Below are positions 48,216-58,303 of a stretch of 64,000 bases of DNA, piece after piece. Location: the NCBI GenBank assembly GCA_047947115.1, contig CP170459.1:2944001-3008000 (forward strand), given 5' to 3'. Below the pieces are notes generated by a model. The model searched no databases. It was not told the DNA's origin and was given only the letters and a program-made list of their open reading frames with translations. The DNA comes from Verrucomicrobiota bacterium. GTDB lineage: Bacteria; Verrucomicrobiota; Verrucomicrobiia; Limisphaerales; AAA164-E04. The translations under genes and the position numbers were made by a program. Every line of letters starts with the position of its first letter. Within the stretch, counting starts at the first letter, position 1.

Positions 48216-49112
48216 TTACTTGCTTTCCATGACGGCCAGCAAAATGGCCACGCACATCAGGGTGGCGCCGGTAAATCTCAATAGAAGCTTGCGGGCATCG
48301 GTTTCCTCGCTCGATTTTCCAACAAAGCGAGCAGACGCCCAAACCAGGATTATGGCCCAAAGTCCCCTCGAGCTGTAAACCACATTGACGCCGGTTGCGT
48401 TGTGGTAGAGTGAAACGGAAAGGGCGATGAAAATGGCCTGGAGTCCTGTCAGGAACGCTCCGGCGGTCAACCAGCCCAGTGTTCCTTTATCGAGTTGGCG
48501 CAAAGGCTTTTCAAAGAACGGAACCAAACAGGTCGAGAGAAGGGCCACAGTCAGAAACAACAAAGTCAGAAAGGACCGGACCCCAAACAGGGTCGCCCAT
48601 TCCTGCACCAATGCGTCACATAGACCAAAGCAGGCTGAACTGGTGATGGTCAATCCAGTGGCCAGGGGCATCCTGTTTTTCAACGATTTCAGATCAGTTT
48701 TGCCGAGGATATAAACAGCGACAGAGGTCAGAATGGCTGCCATCCACATGCCTCCGGCGATTTCTTCCTGAAAGACCAGCCATGCAAAGAAAGCGACGAA
48801 GACCGACTTGGTTCCCATCACCGGCGTGACCAGCGAGACATCACCCACTCGGATGGCAGTGAAGGTGATCCAGTGGCCGATGAAGAATGCGCAGGCTGTC
48901 AGGATAGGATAGTGGATGAGGTTCCACTGAATACTTTTTGTTTCCCAGAAAATGAAGGGCGTGAAAAACAGAGCCATCATCCAGCTCGTCACCACAAATG
49001 TATGCAGAGTGCCGGCTCCACGGCGAAATGCTTCCTTGAATAACAAGGCTCCAACCGCGTAAACCGCTGCTGCGATTACCGGCATCAGCAGGTAGAGAGG
49101 AAAGCCGATCAT
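48216..49112 (-). CDS. DMT/EamA family transporter
   Basis: About 10 TM helices in two halves; AIRVGDVSLVTP, FFAWLVFQE. Confidence 0.85.
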   Translation of the reverse strand: MIGFPLYLLMPVIAAAVYAVGALLFKEAFRRGAGTLHTFVVTSWMMALFFTPFIFWETKSIQWNLIHYPILTACAFFIGHWITFTAIRVGDVSLVTPVMGTKSVFVAFFAWLVFQEEIAGGMWMAAILTSVAVYILGKTDLKSLKNRMPLATGLTITSSACFGLCDALVQEWATLFGVRSFLTLLFLTVALLSTCLVPFFEKPLRQLDKGTLGWLTAGAFLTGLQAIFIALSVSLYHNATGVNVVYSSRGLWAIILVWASARFVGKSSEETDARKLLLRFTGATLMCVAILLAVMESK

Positions 49113-49202
49113 GAAGGCCTTTTCAAAATGGCTTGGCCGCTGGTCGAATGGTCGAAAAGATTGGCTTCAAAAGCCGGGTGGCAGGTTGAGGGGGGGCTCA
49201 TC

Positions 49203-50144
49203 TCAATGTGTTTTATAGTGCCACACACCTTTTGCTTTTGTTTTGCGTTTGAAAATGGCCTCCCCACAGGTGGCATACAGGAAGTGTCTTCCCGGTCCCG
49301 AAAATGCCACATTACTCATGCCTGCTTTGGAAGGTTTGGCAATGACTCCGCTGATGCGGCCGGTCGCGTCGAACATTTGGAGTCCGATAGCGGTGGTGAC
49401 ATAATACCTGCCTTCCGTATCCACGGTCATGCCGTCACCACGACAATCGGTCCCGTCCGATGGTGAACGCATGGTCATGTAGGTGTCACCGTGAGTCGCA
49501 CCTTTTCCGGGGACGACGGCGAATGCCCAAACCTTGTCGCCGGTGTATTCCGAAACCGTCAAAACACCCATGTCCGGTGAAAAGCAAATGCCATTGGGGC
49601 CGGAAACAGCGTCCGTGATCCTGGACTTCTTGCCGTATGCGTCCAGGAACTGGACTCCATTTTCGGAAGTGTAGAAGATTTCTCCCTTTTGTGAAATGAC
49701 AAGATCATTCGCGTGCGTGTCGGTGGAAAGGATCTTGATTTGCTTGTTTTCATCGAAGACGAAGACATCGTTCTTACCCCACCTGCATCCGAACAATCGT
49801 CCGTCGGGACCAAACGCCAGACCACTGACCCCTGGTGCGTCTTCGATAAAAACTTCGATTTCATCATACTGGTTGATTCTGAAGATGGAGTTTTTTCCAT
49901 CCTGACGACCTGAAAAATAAAACCTGCCGGATTCATCGGTGCAGGCTCCGTCGGTGAAACCAAATCCACTTCCGACCCTGTGCCAGTTTTCTCCCTCAAT
50001 CAGGACTTTGGACAGAGCCATGTCACCCACGAAATTCTGGGCGTTCAGGTGCAGGGCCAAGGAACAGGCCAACCATCCCGCATACTTCAAAAGCGAAAGG
50101 GTTTGTTCGGAGTGAGCCAACAAGTTGCCTTGATTCAACTTCAT
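49203..50144 (-). CDS. SMP-30/gluconolactonase/LRE family protein
   Basis: FTDG, SGLAFGPDGRL, ANDLV, PNGICFSPD, GDGMTVD.EGR.YV, SNVAF.G. Confidence 0.88.
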   Translation of the reverse strand: MKLNQGNLLAHSEQTLSLLKYAGWLACSLALHLNAQNFVGDMALSKVLIEGENWHRVGSGFGFTDGACTDESGRFYFSGRQDGKNSIFRINQYDEIEVFIEDAPGVSGLAFGPDGRLFGCRWGKNDVFVFDENKQIKILSTDTHANDLVISQKGEIFYTSENGVQFLDAYGKKSRITDAVSGPNGICFSPDMGVLTVSEYTGDKVWAFAVVPGKGATHGDTYMTMRSPSDGTDCRGDGMTVDTEGRYYVTTAIGLQMFDATGRISGVIAKPSKAGMSNVAFSGPGRHFLYATCGEAIFKRKTKAKGVWHYKTH

Positions 50145-50406
50145 GCCCCGCATTATGGCGAAACAGTGCTCGATGTCATCCACTGATTTTGCAAAGATAC
50201 AAAAATAGGGGAGACGCATTGGCCCGAGGGAGGGGGTAATGCCTGTGAATGAACCAAACACAAGCAAGCCAACGCAGTCTCCCCTTCCTATAAATGCGTA
50301 AAAAATGTCGTTACGGGTTCATTTTTTTTCAAAAAAAAAAGGTCCCCCAGAGATCTTTTAGACAAAAAGATCGATTCAGCCCGTGATCCTTCGTAAAAAT
50401 CGCCCC

Positions 50407-51048
50407 ATGTCATTGACGACCTCTGTAATCAAAGCTTCGGGTGGGGAATCGCCATTCTGGATGGCAGTTCTGCATGGCCTGGGCGATAGCATGGAAGGCT
50501 ACCAATGGATGCCGGAGCAAATGCGGCTTCCATGGCTTAATTATCTCCTGATCAACGCACCGGACCCCTATTTTACGGGGTTTTCCTGGTTTGATATCGA
50601 AGGGGATCGCGATCCCGGCATCGTGCGCAGTCGGGGATTGCTGTTCGAAACGTTGGACGCTTTTTGCCTGCAACATGAGGTGTCTGCGGATCATTTGTTT
50701 GTATTCGGGTTTTCGCAGGGGTGTGTGATGACCGTGGAAACGGGGTTTCGTTATCCTCATCAGCTGGCGGGTTGCATCGGTGTTTCCGGATTCATTCACC
50801 GGCCGGAGTCCTTGATTCAAGACCAAAGCGATTTTGCCAAGCGTCAGCGTTTCTTGCTGACACACGGGACCTATGATCCGTTGATTCCTTCAGAACCTGT
50901 AGGACAACAGGTGGAAGCGATGAAAAGGCAGGGCTTTTCCATGCAATGGCAGGTTTATCCCAAGGAACACACAATCTATGGCGAGGTCGAATTGCAATGT
51001 TTCCGGGAATTTCTCGAAGAAGCCAGGTCTGAGATTCTCGCCAGTTAA
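50407..51048 (+). CDS. Phospholipase/carboxylesterase (alpha/beta hydrolase)
   Basis: VLHGLGD, GFSQG nucleophile, THGTYDPLIP, catalytic His in KEHTI. Confidence 0.9.
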   Translation: MSLTTSVIKASGGESPFWMAVLHGLGDSMEGYQWMPEQMRLPWLNYLLINAPDPYFTGFSWFDIEGDRDPGIVRSRGLLFETLDAFCLQHEVSADHLFVFGFSQGCVMTVETGFRYPHQLAGCIGVSGFIHRPESLIQDQSDFAKRQRFLLTHGTYDPLIPSEPVGQQVEAMKRQGFSMQWQVYPKEHTIYGEVELQCFREFLEEARSEILAS

Positions 51049-51199
51049 GCGGCTTGTTCACTGCTCCTGGAATGGAAGTGCTTTGGAAGGCTGGATCTGA
51101 CCGCTGCTCGGTGGCTTGCCTGTGGTTGTTCTTTTTTGGGCATAAATCATGCTTTCATTGCTCTTCATTGGCCAGTGACATAAGGGGTTGAAATGTATC

Positions 51200-53818
51200 A
51201 TGAGCAGGATCATTAAATTGAATAGAAATTTTCAGGTTTTGGTGAGGGGATTGATTCTGATCTCCTTTTCATGTTGGTGGTGTGGCCAGATGCGTGGTCA
51301 GACATCCTTTCCTCGCATCACGCAGATCAGTCCGACCTTTGGAGAGCCCGGAACCGTGGTGATGATCCAGGGTACGGGTTTTACCGGAGTAAGTTCCGTG
51401 CAATTCGGGGTGGGGGGGGCCTCCTTTGAGTCCATTTCCGCCACCCAGATCAGGACGGTGGTTCCTTCAGATGCCACTACCGGCGCGATCACGGTGTCCA
51501 CCAACCATGGGTTTGCCGTGAGTAACTTGTTTTTTCAAGTGGCTCCCAGGATCGAGAGTTTTGAGCCTGTGTTTGGTAAAGTGGGGGACACGATTCTTCT
51601 AAAAGGTGCCAATCTGTCCGGATTGAATTCTGTGCAAATCGGAACCTTCAATGCTGCGTTCTCCGCCGTGAGTGATGCACAATTGAGTTTTGTGATTCCC
51701 AGTGGTGCCACGACGGGCTTGATCCGGCTGGTTTCGCCGGCAGGCCGTACCGATTCGGAATCCATGTTGAAAGTGATCGGTCCGGAGCCCTTCATCACTT
51801 CCTTTGAACCGTCGGTGGCCGCTCCGGGGACATTGGTGGCGATCCGGGGTGTTCAATTTTCCAACGCGACCAAGGTGCTTTTCGCGTCTGATGTCGAAGG
51901 ATCTTTCAGTGTCGTGGCGGACACCCAGATTCTGGTGAGGGTGCCCGGGGGCGCCACCTCAGGTCCGGTGGCTGTGACCACTTCGCTCGGGCAGGGAATC
52001 AGCGAAATTGATTTGCTCGTGACCGGAACCGGGCCTTTTATTTCCTCCTTGGAGCCCGACCATGGTCAGGTAGGGGATACCATTGTTGTTTCGGGTGTCA
52101 ATTTGACGGAAGTCACGGAGGTGATCGTTCATGAAGAGGTGGCGTCATTCCAAGTGGTTGCAGACACACAGCTCAGTTTTGTGATTCCCGTTGGCGCTAC
52201 CTCGGGGGCGATTACCCTTCGATCTCCGGAAAGCGAGTTTGTGTTTGAACCGGGCGTGACGGTTGATGGTCCCGGCCCCGTATTGGAATCCTTTTCCCCC
52301 TCGTCCGGTTTGCCGGGGGATACCATCGAGTTACGTGGATCTCACTTTAGAAATGTTGAATCGGTTCGTTTCGGAGACAAGGAGGCGGCTTTCCTGGTGA
52401 CCGCGGAAACGCAAATGACCGCGTCAGTACCTGGAGGTGCGGAAACAGCCCCGATCACCATCGTCACCGCTTTTGGAGAAACGCTCAGCACTGTCGATTT
52501 TCAGGTCCGGCAGCCTGCTCCCGAATTGATAGGATTCGAACCGGGGTTCGGTCCGATCGGTACCCGGATCACCTTGCAGGGGACTTATCTGAATTCGGTG
52601 ACCAACGTAGTGGTCGGCGGTCAAAATGCGTCATTCGAAATAGTGGCGGATTCCCAGATCCTGACCCGTGTTCCCGACGGCGCCAAGACCGATGTTATCT
52701 CTTTGCAGTCCTTTTCCGGAACGACGGTTTCTGCTGATTTGTTTTACCTGCCAGCTTCCATTCAGTCGATCGTACCGGCCGCCGCTGTTCCGGCAACTGA
52801 GGTGAACATTCTTGGAACAAATTTCACCGGGACGACCCGGGTGCGGTTTGGTGGTGTCGAAGCCGAGATTGCTTCGGTGGAATTGGATTCATTGAAAGTG
52901 TTGGTACCCTCTGCCGCATTGATTGGTCCTGTGGCTGTGACGACACCCGCCGGTTCCATCTTGAGCTCTTCTGATTTTGGCGTGCTCCCGGAGGTCAGTG
53001 GAATTTCTCCGCTTGCAGGCCCGGTCGGCAGTTTGCTGCAAATTCAAGGCAGGGGGTTTGCGGAAGTAACCGATGTTTTGGTGGGGCTTGCCGGTAGCGA
53101 GTTTGAAATCATATCTTCCGAGATGATCGAATTGAAGGTGCCCTCCAATGCCACTTCCGGATGGATCACCGTTCGCAATCCCAGTGGACAGTTTGCTTCG
53201 TCCGAACAGTTTCAAATCCGGGAAGCCGCTGATTTGAGCCTGGAAGTTTCATTGAACAACCCCACTTCGAGTTGGCTCACGCCCGCACAATTCACCATCA
53301 AAGTCCACAATGCCGGACCCTCGCCCGCGCGTAATTTTTTCATGCGGCACCAAATGCCCGCGGGTGTGGTGCGTTTGAGTGGGGCCAATTCCGGCGGATC
53401 GACCGATGTATTCGGGGAAGTGGTTCTGGACGGGATTGTCAGTATTGAGGCCGGGGAGTCGGTGCTGATTCAGCATGTCGTTTCCACCCCTCACTATGGA
53501 TTTGAGACCCACTTGTTTGATTTGGATACCGAAATATTTGATCCCACCCCGAATGATCAGCAGGTTGTGTTTCAACGTCAGATCCTTGGGCCTCCTGTAA
53601 CATTGTCAGTTGTTCGAGGTGTTGATGGAGATCTTCAGTTGCAGTGGGCTTCCGCATTGAGAGGATACCTTCTGCATGCCAAACCAGCTTTGGACGTTTC
53701 CATCCCGTGGGGACCGATCGAGACATTACCGGATTCGGTGGGACCGTGGCGGCGGATTCCGATTGATCCCCATCAAACCGGAGCCATGGAGTTCTTCCGC
53801 CTGCAGGCTGCGGAATAG
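51200..53818 (+). CDS. Secreted protein with eight IPT/TIG domains, a DUF11 domain and terminal FFR module
   Basis: Eight P.I.S(F/I).P..G..G..(V/I).(I/L).G repeats; ADLSL...FTIKVHNAGPSPA; ends MEFFRLQAAE. Confidence 0.88.
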   Translation: MSRIIKLNRNFQVLVRGLILISFSCWWCGQMRGQTSFPRITQISPTFGEPGTVVMIQGTGFTGVSSVQFGVGGASFESISATQIRTVVPSDATTGAITVSTNHGFAVSNLFFQVAPRIESFEPVFGKVGDTILLKGANLSGLNSVQIGTFNAAFSAVSDAQLSFVIPSGATTGLIRLVSPAGRTDSESMLKVIGPEPFITSFEPSVAAPGTLVAIRGVQFSNATKVLFASDVEGSFSVVADTQILVRVPGGATSGPVAVTTSLGQGISEIDLLVTGTGPFISSLEPDHGQVGDTIVVSGVNLTEVTEVIVHEEVASFQVVADTQLSFVIPVGATSGAITLRSPESEFVFEPGVTVDGPGPVLESFSPSSGLPGDTIELRGSHFRNVESVRFGDKEAAFLVTAETQMTASVPGGAETAPITIVTAFGETLSTVDFQVRQPAPELIGFEPGFGPIGTRITLQGTYLNSVTNVVVGGQNASFEIVADSQILTRVPDGAKTDVISLQSFSGTTVSADLFYLPASIQSIVPAAAVPATEVNILGTNFTGTTRVRFGGVEAEIASVELDSLKVLVPSAALIGPVAVTTPAGSILSSSDFGVLPEVSGISPLAGPVGSLLQIQGRGFAEVTDVLVGLAGSEFEIISSEMIELKVPSNATSGWITVRNPSGQFASSEQFQIREAADLSLEVSLNNPTSSWLTPAQFTIKVHNAGPSPARNFFMRHQMPAGVVRLSGANSGGSTDVFGEVVLDGIVSIEAGESVLIQHVVSTPHYGFETHLFDLDTEIFDPTPNDQQVVFQRQILGPPVTLSVVRGVDGDLQLQWASALRGYLLHAKPALDVSIPWGPIETLPDSVGPWRRIPIDPHQTGAMEFFRLQAAE

Positions 53819-53876
53819 GAGTCCGAACCGCAGTCAAGGCAGCCCTGCATGTCTCATGCCTGCCGTCCTGAACGCA

Positions 53877-54476
53877 TTAATTTAACTGTGGACGGGTATA
53901 GTCCTGGCTGAGCTCCGGCACGTGGCATTGTTGGCACTGACTGCGGTAAGGGTGCGGTGTGCGGATGGCGTGTTCTCCCTTGGGACCATGGCAGGATGAG
54001 CAGTTTTGACGCATAAACGTTTTGTGAGGCACTGTCGGCGGGGCGAAATCGTGTGCTCTGGATCCTTTGCCGGGAAAATCGAGTCCCACAAATGTGTTCT
54101 CCTTCCACGGGGTGATGTCGTCATCTCTTTTCACATGACATTGCATGCACTGGGAATATTCAGCATGGGGGGTGGGAGCGATGGCTTTGTGTTTGTAACG
54201 GACGCGGTTTTCCTTGGCATGACATCCCAGGCACCATTCCGATCCTTGTTCTGACTGGATCGTGTGCGGGACGGGGGGAGGGGCGCCAAAATAGGACCTT
54301 GTGCCGGTGATTCTGTCACCCACCACGGGTTCCCTTGGAACGAGGCCGAAGGCTCGATCACGTGAGGATGTTGGAACATTGGCCGGTGCTTTTCCTGAAT
54401 CGGCTGCCCAGGACAAACTCGCCATCACAACCGCCAAGCAAAGAAAAGTTGTTTTTTCCAAAAGGGAAAGGGTCAT
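53877..54476 (-). CDS. NapB-like c-type cytochrome, internally duplicated, four hemes
   Basis: Signal peptide; APPPVPH..CLGCH..TPH..CMQCH then APPTVPH..CSSCH..TPH..CQQCHVP. Confidence 0.85.
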   Translation of the reverse strand: MTLSLLEKTTFLCLAVVMASLSWAADSGKAPANVPTSSRDRAFGLVPREPVVGDRITGTRSYFGAPPPVPHTIQSEQGSEWCLGCHAKENRVRYKHKAIAPTPHAEYSQCMQCHVKRDDDITPWKENTFVGLDFPGKGSRAHDFAPPTVPHKTFMRQNCSSCHGPKGEHAIRTPHPYRSQCQQCHVPELSQDYTRPQLN

Positions 54477-54543
54477 ATTTGATCTCGCCGGTGGTGCCTG
54501 GTTGACTTTTCGGAGTGATGATGATTGTTTGTGCCTGAAAGAC

Positions 54544-55620
54544 ATGTCAATTGATTCAAACCAATTCAATCGCCTGCCGCCCAATCAGGTGCTCACTCAA
54601 AAGTTCCCGGTGGTGGGGGAAAAGGTGTCCGATCCTGGAGAAATTGTTTTGAGCCACTGGCGGTTGGGCATTTGGAACGAGGGAACGTCTTTGGGATCGT
54701 TTTCGTTTGATGTCATCCGGGATTTGCCTTCGGAAGAATTGTTGACAGATATTCATTGCGTCACGGGGTGGTCTCGATTGAACGCGTCCTTTCAAGGACT
54801 GCGCCTGGCATCTCTTTTGGATCGACTTGAAATCAAAGTCCCCGAATCAGCCCGGTTTATTCGGTTCGAAGCGTATTCTTCACGGGGGCACGATACTTCG
54901 TTGCCGATTCTCACGGCTTTGGAGGACGCCTGGCTGGTGCACTCATTCGATGGCAAGCCAATAACACCGGAACACGGGTTTCCTTTACGACTGGTTGTCC
55001 CTTCGCGGTATTTCTACAAAAGCCTCAAGTGGCTGAAATCGATCCAGTTTCTGGAAGATGATCGATTGGGATTCTGGGAGCGGACGACGGGTTATCACAA
55101 TGAAGCGGACCCGTGGAAAGAGCAACGACTGGATGCCAGGCGTTTCAGCAATCGCGCGGAGTGTGAACAGTTCAAGCAGTTGTCAGATTTTAACGCTTAC
55201 CGATCCGTCGACGGAGATCCCAAAGTGATTGTTCAGGCCGATTTTTCAGGTTGGAACCCCTTGACTCGGGACTTGCATGGACTTCAGCTCAAGTCATGCG
55301 ATTTCAGCCATGCCCAGTTGCAGGGGGTGGATTTCCGCGGGGCTAATTTAACTTTTGGTAAATTCGATGGCGCGAATCTGGAAGGAGCGGATTTGACAGG
55401 CGCCGATCTCGAAGGATGTGATTTCAGCGGTGCCAATTTGCAGGGTGCCAGGCTACACGGATGTTTCCTGTCAGCCGCGCGGTTTTTCAGGGTGGATGCC
55501 AGAACCGGATTGAAAACCGGCCTGACCCACTGGGATGAAATGGAGATGACGTGCCCCGACGGACTCCTGGAAGGCCAGGAGTTCTATCTCAAGCAATTGG
55601 GTGTTTTAAAAACAGATTGA
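54544..55620 (+). CDS. Sulfite oxidase-like molybdopterin oxidoreductase (YuiH type) fused to pentapeptide repeats
   Basis: RLPPNQ..TQKFPVV, DIHCVTGWS, EHGFPLRLVVP..YFYKSLKWL, GFWE..GYH..ADPW.EQR; then A(D/N)Lxx repeats. Confidence 0.87.
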   Translation: MSIDSNQFNRLPPNQVLTQKFPVVGEKVSDPGEIVLSHWRLGIWNEGTSLGSFSFDVIRDLPSEELLTDIHCVTGWSRLNASFQGLRLASLLDRLEIKVPESARFIRFEAYSSRGHDTSLPILTALEDAWLVHSFDGKPITPEHGFPLRLVVPSRYFYKSLKWLKSIQFLEDDRLGFWERTTGYHNEADPWKEQRLDARRFSNRAECEQFKQLSDFNAYRSVDGDPKVIVQADFSGWNPLTRDLHGLQLKSCDFSHAQLQGVDFRGANLTFGKFDGANLEGADLTGADLEGCDFSGANLQGARLHGCFLSAARFFRVDARTGLKTGLTHWDEMEMTCPDGLLEGQEFYLKQLGVLKTD

Positions 55621-55622
55621 GT

Positions 55623-57158
55623 TCAGGATTCAGACGCCTCGTTCGATGACGGCGCTTCCCCGGTATCCGATTTCGAACCATCATTTTCTTCGGAAGGAGG
55701 CTGAACTTTTAACTTGGGTTTCATCTGCGGAAACAGCAGCACGTCGCGGATGCTTTCCTGCCCCAATAACATCATGCATAGACGATCAATGCCCATGCCC
55801 ATCCCACCGGCCGGAGGCATTCCATGCTCCAGAGCCACCAGGAAATCTTCATCCAGCTTCTGCTGTTCTTCACCAGCCTGATGTTCGAGACGTTCCCGCT
55901 GTTGGACCGGATCGTTTTGCTCCGTGTAGGCCGGGGCTATTTCCTGACCGTTGATGCAGCATTCGAACACTTCTACCGTGGAGTCATCATCCGGCGACAG
56001 CTTTGCCAGGGGAACGAGTTCCTTGGGTAAGTGGGTTACGAATGTAGGCTGTATCAAATTGGGTTCGATGAATTTTTCGAAAATCGCATTGCTCACTTCG
56101 AAATCTTCATCTGTTTCATGTATTTCTGCCCCCAGTTCGATGGCCTTTTTCTTACGTTCTTCCGGAGTTAAATCAAACCAATCCTCGCCCGCCTTTTCAC
56201 GGATCAGATCCTTGTAGGGAACACGACGCCAGGGAGTGGTCAAGTCGATGGTGCGGGTGACCTCGCCATCCTTGTTTTTATGTTCGATGACCAATGTTCC
56301 CAGGACTTTCTGAGCCACATGCGTGATCATGCCCTGCACCAGCTCCATCATGGACTCGTAATCACCATAAGCCTGATAGGCCTCGAGCATGGTGAATTCC
56401 GGGTTGTGACGTCTGGAAATGCCTTCATTTCGGAAATTGCGGCCGATTTCGAACACCCGGTCCATGCCCCCGACCAGCAGGCGCTTCAAGTAAAGCTCCA
56501 AGGCGATGCGCATGTAGAACTGGCATCCCAACGCATTGTGGAACGTCACAAACGGCTGTGCCGCCGCACCTCCTGGAATGGCTTGCATCATGGGCGTTTC
56601 CACTTCCATATAGGCCTGATCATGCAGGTAATTCCGGATTTCACGTATGATTTGGCTGCGCTTGATGAAGACATCCTTGACCTCATCATTGGCCATCAAG
56701 TCGAGGTAACGCTGGCGATACCGGATTTCGGTATCCTCCAGACCATGCCATTTCTCGGGCGGAGGACGAAGAGCCTTGCACAGGACGACAAAGCTGTCGA
56801 TCTTGACCGAAATTTCCCCCATCTTTGTGGTGAACATACTGCCCTCCACACCGATGAAATCAGCCATGTCCATGGATTTGAGCAGTTGGAAAGCTTCGTC
56901 TCCGAGGTGCTGCTTCTGGGCATAAATCTGTATGCGCCCGCTCCCGTCCTTAATATCCAGGAATTGACTTTTACCCATGACACGTTGAGCCGAAATGCGG
57001 CCCGCGAGTTTGACGGTCCGGCCTTCGGCATATTGGGCCTTGGCTTCAGCGCAGGTTTCGTCGGGAGTAAATTTGTTGCGAAAGGGGTTCATGCCCTTGT
57101 CAATCAACTCGTTCAACTTCTGCCGGCGAAATTCGATCAGTGAATTCGTATCTTCCAT
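55623..57158 (-). CDS. lysS: Lysine--tRNA ligase (class II)
   Basis: RVMGK..F, YRQRYLDL, EVETPMM, GGAAAQPF, FRNEG...HNPEFTMLE.Y, GMPPAGGMGMGIDRL. Confidence 0.97.
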   Translation of the reverse strand: MEDTNSLIEFRRQKLNELIDKGMNPFRNKFTPDETCAEAKAQYAEGRTVKLAGRISAQRVMGKSQFLDIKDGSGRIQIYAQKQHLGDEAFQLLKSMDMADFIGVEGSMFTTKMGEISVKIDSFVVLCKALRPPPEKWHGLEDTEIRYRQRYLDLMANDEVKDVFIKRSQIIREIRNYLHDQAYMEVETPMMQAIPGGAAAQPFVTFHNALGCQFYMRIALELYLKRLLVGGMDRVFEIGRNFRNEGISRRHNPEFTMLEAYQAYGDYESMMELVQGMITHVAQKVLGTLVIEHKNKDGEVTRTIDLTTPWRRVPYKDLIREKAGEDWFDLTPEERKKKAIELGAEIHETDEDFEVSNAIFEKFIEPNLIQPTFVTHLPKELVPLAKLSPDDDSTVEVFECCINGQEIAPAYTEQNDPVQQRERLEHQAGEEQQKLDEDFLVALEHGMPPAGGMGMGIDRLCMMLLGQESIRDVLLFPQMKPKLKVQPPSEENDGSKSDTGEAPSSNEASES

Positions 57159-57730
57159 GTTTCCAAAAGGGCAACTAAAGCACAAACAAACCCGGATGTC
57201 CAACCCTCCTTCGAACAGGAAAAAGTGGTGTCAGGTCAAAATGATAGGATTGATTCTCCGACGATTTCCCGCATTGACAGTGTTGCATGGTAATGCGTCA
57301 TCTATTGAACAGGTAACCGTTTATCTTTTGAAATGAGAATGATTCCGTGAAAAGGCAGCTTCAATGACGAGTTGCAAGTTACCAATGCTCAATGGAAGCT
57401 GAAGCCAGGCAAATCCTTGATCCAATGCCGGAACACGCACTTATTTGCCAATCCCCGCTTAAAAAAGGACCGAAAACTCAAAAAGTTGAATGGTGACTGC
57501 TCAATCTTGATGCTGGATAGTTTTTTGGATTGTCACTGGAAAAATTGGCATTGTTATGGGGGCTTGATTTCACGTGACTTGTCAGTAGTGAAGTTTCAAA
57601 GGAGCCAAGTCATGTTCTGGTGCAAAAAGCATTTTAATACGGGTCAGACAATTCACAAAATTGTAAAACAGATGAGGTGCTGCCGGTTCTTCGACGGGTA
57701 ATTTTTTAAGGCTTTGCCGCTTCATAGGAA

Positions 57731-58303
57731 TCAAGGTTTCAACGCCTTCCGAATAGCTTTTTTCAGCAAATCATCTTCTGGAGCCACTTCGGGATCAAAG
57801 CGGCCTATGACATTTCCGGATCGGTCCATCAGAAATTTCTCAAAATTCCATTTGATAGGTCCGCCGTAATCAGTATGGCTGGTCAGGTATTTATAAAATG
57901 GCGATTGTCTCTCGCCCTGCACATCGATTTTGCCCATCAAAGGAAAGGTTACCTGATAGTTAATCCGGCAGAATTCCAGGATTTCAGCATGAGTCCCTGG
58001 TTCTTCCTCTCCGAAATTGTTGCATGGAAAACCGATCACGATGAAGCCGTCATCCTTGTATTGGTTGTAAAGGCTTTCCAGGCCTTCGTATTGAGGGGTA
58101 AATCCACATTTGCTGGCCACGTTTACCGCAAGCACAACTTTACCTTTAAAGCTTTCGAAGTTTACGTCTTTTCCGTGAATATCCTTCATTTTGAAGGTGA
58201 GCACCTCGGGTTTCGCTGCTTTGTCGGCTGTGCTATTCAACTGGACTAAACTGGTAATGGCTGTAAGGAGAAACCATTTCTTCAAGATAGATACAATTTT
58301 CAT
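57731..58303 (-). CDS. Glutathione peroxidase family protein (Cys type, with signal peptide)
   Basis: VNVASKCGFTPQY, GFPCNNFG.EEPG, IKWNFEKFL. Confidence 0.92.
   Translation of the reverse strand: MKIVSILKKWFLLTAITSLVQLNSTADKAAKPEVLTFKMKDIHGKDVNFESFKGKVVLAVNVASKCGFTPQYEGLESLYNQYKDDGFIVIGFPCNNFGEEEPGTHAEILEFCRINYQVTFPLMGKIDVQGERQSPFYKYLTSHTDYGGPIKWNFEKFLMDRSGNVIGRFDPEVAPEDDLLKKAIRKALKP

Noticed and set aside
50320..50340. T/A homopolymer pair as a phase-variation tract
   Set aside because: Intergenic AT tract in a divergent promoter region with no evidence of length variation
57326..57350. Fur-box-like AATGAGAATGATT
   Set aside because: Only a half match and no iron-related gene adjacent
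57372..57701. 109-aa ORF upstream of lysS
   Set aside because: TTG start, atypical composition, no motifs
57731..58303. Selenocysteine glutathione peroxidase
   Set aside because: The active-site codon is TGT (Cys) in VASKCG and there is no in-frame TGA
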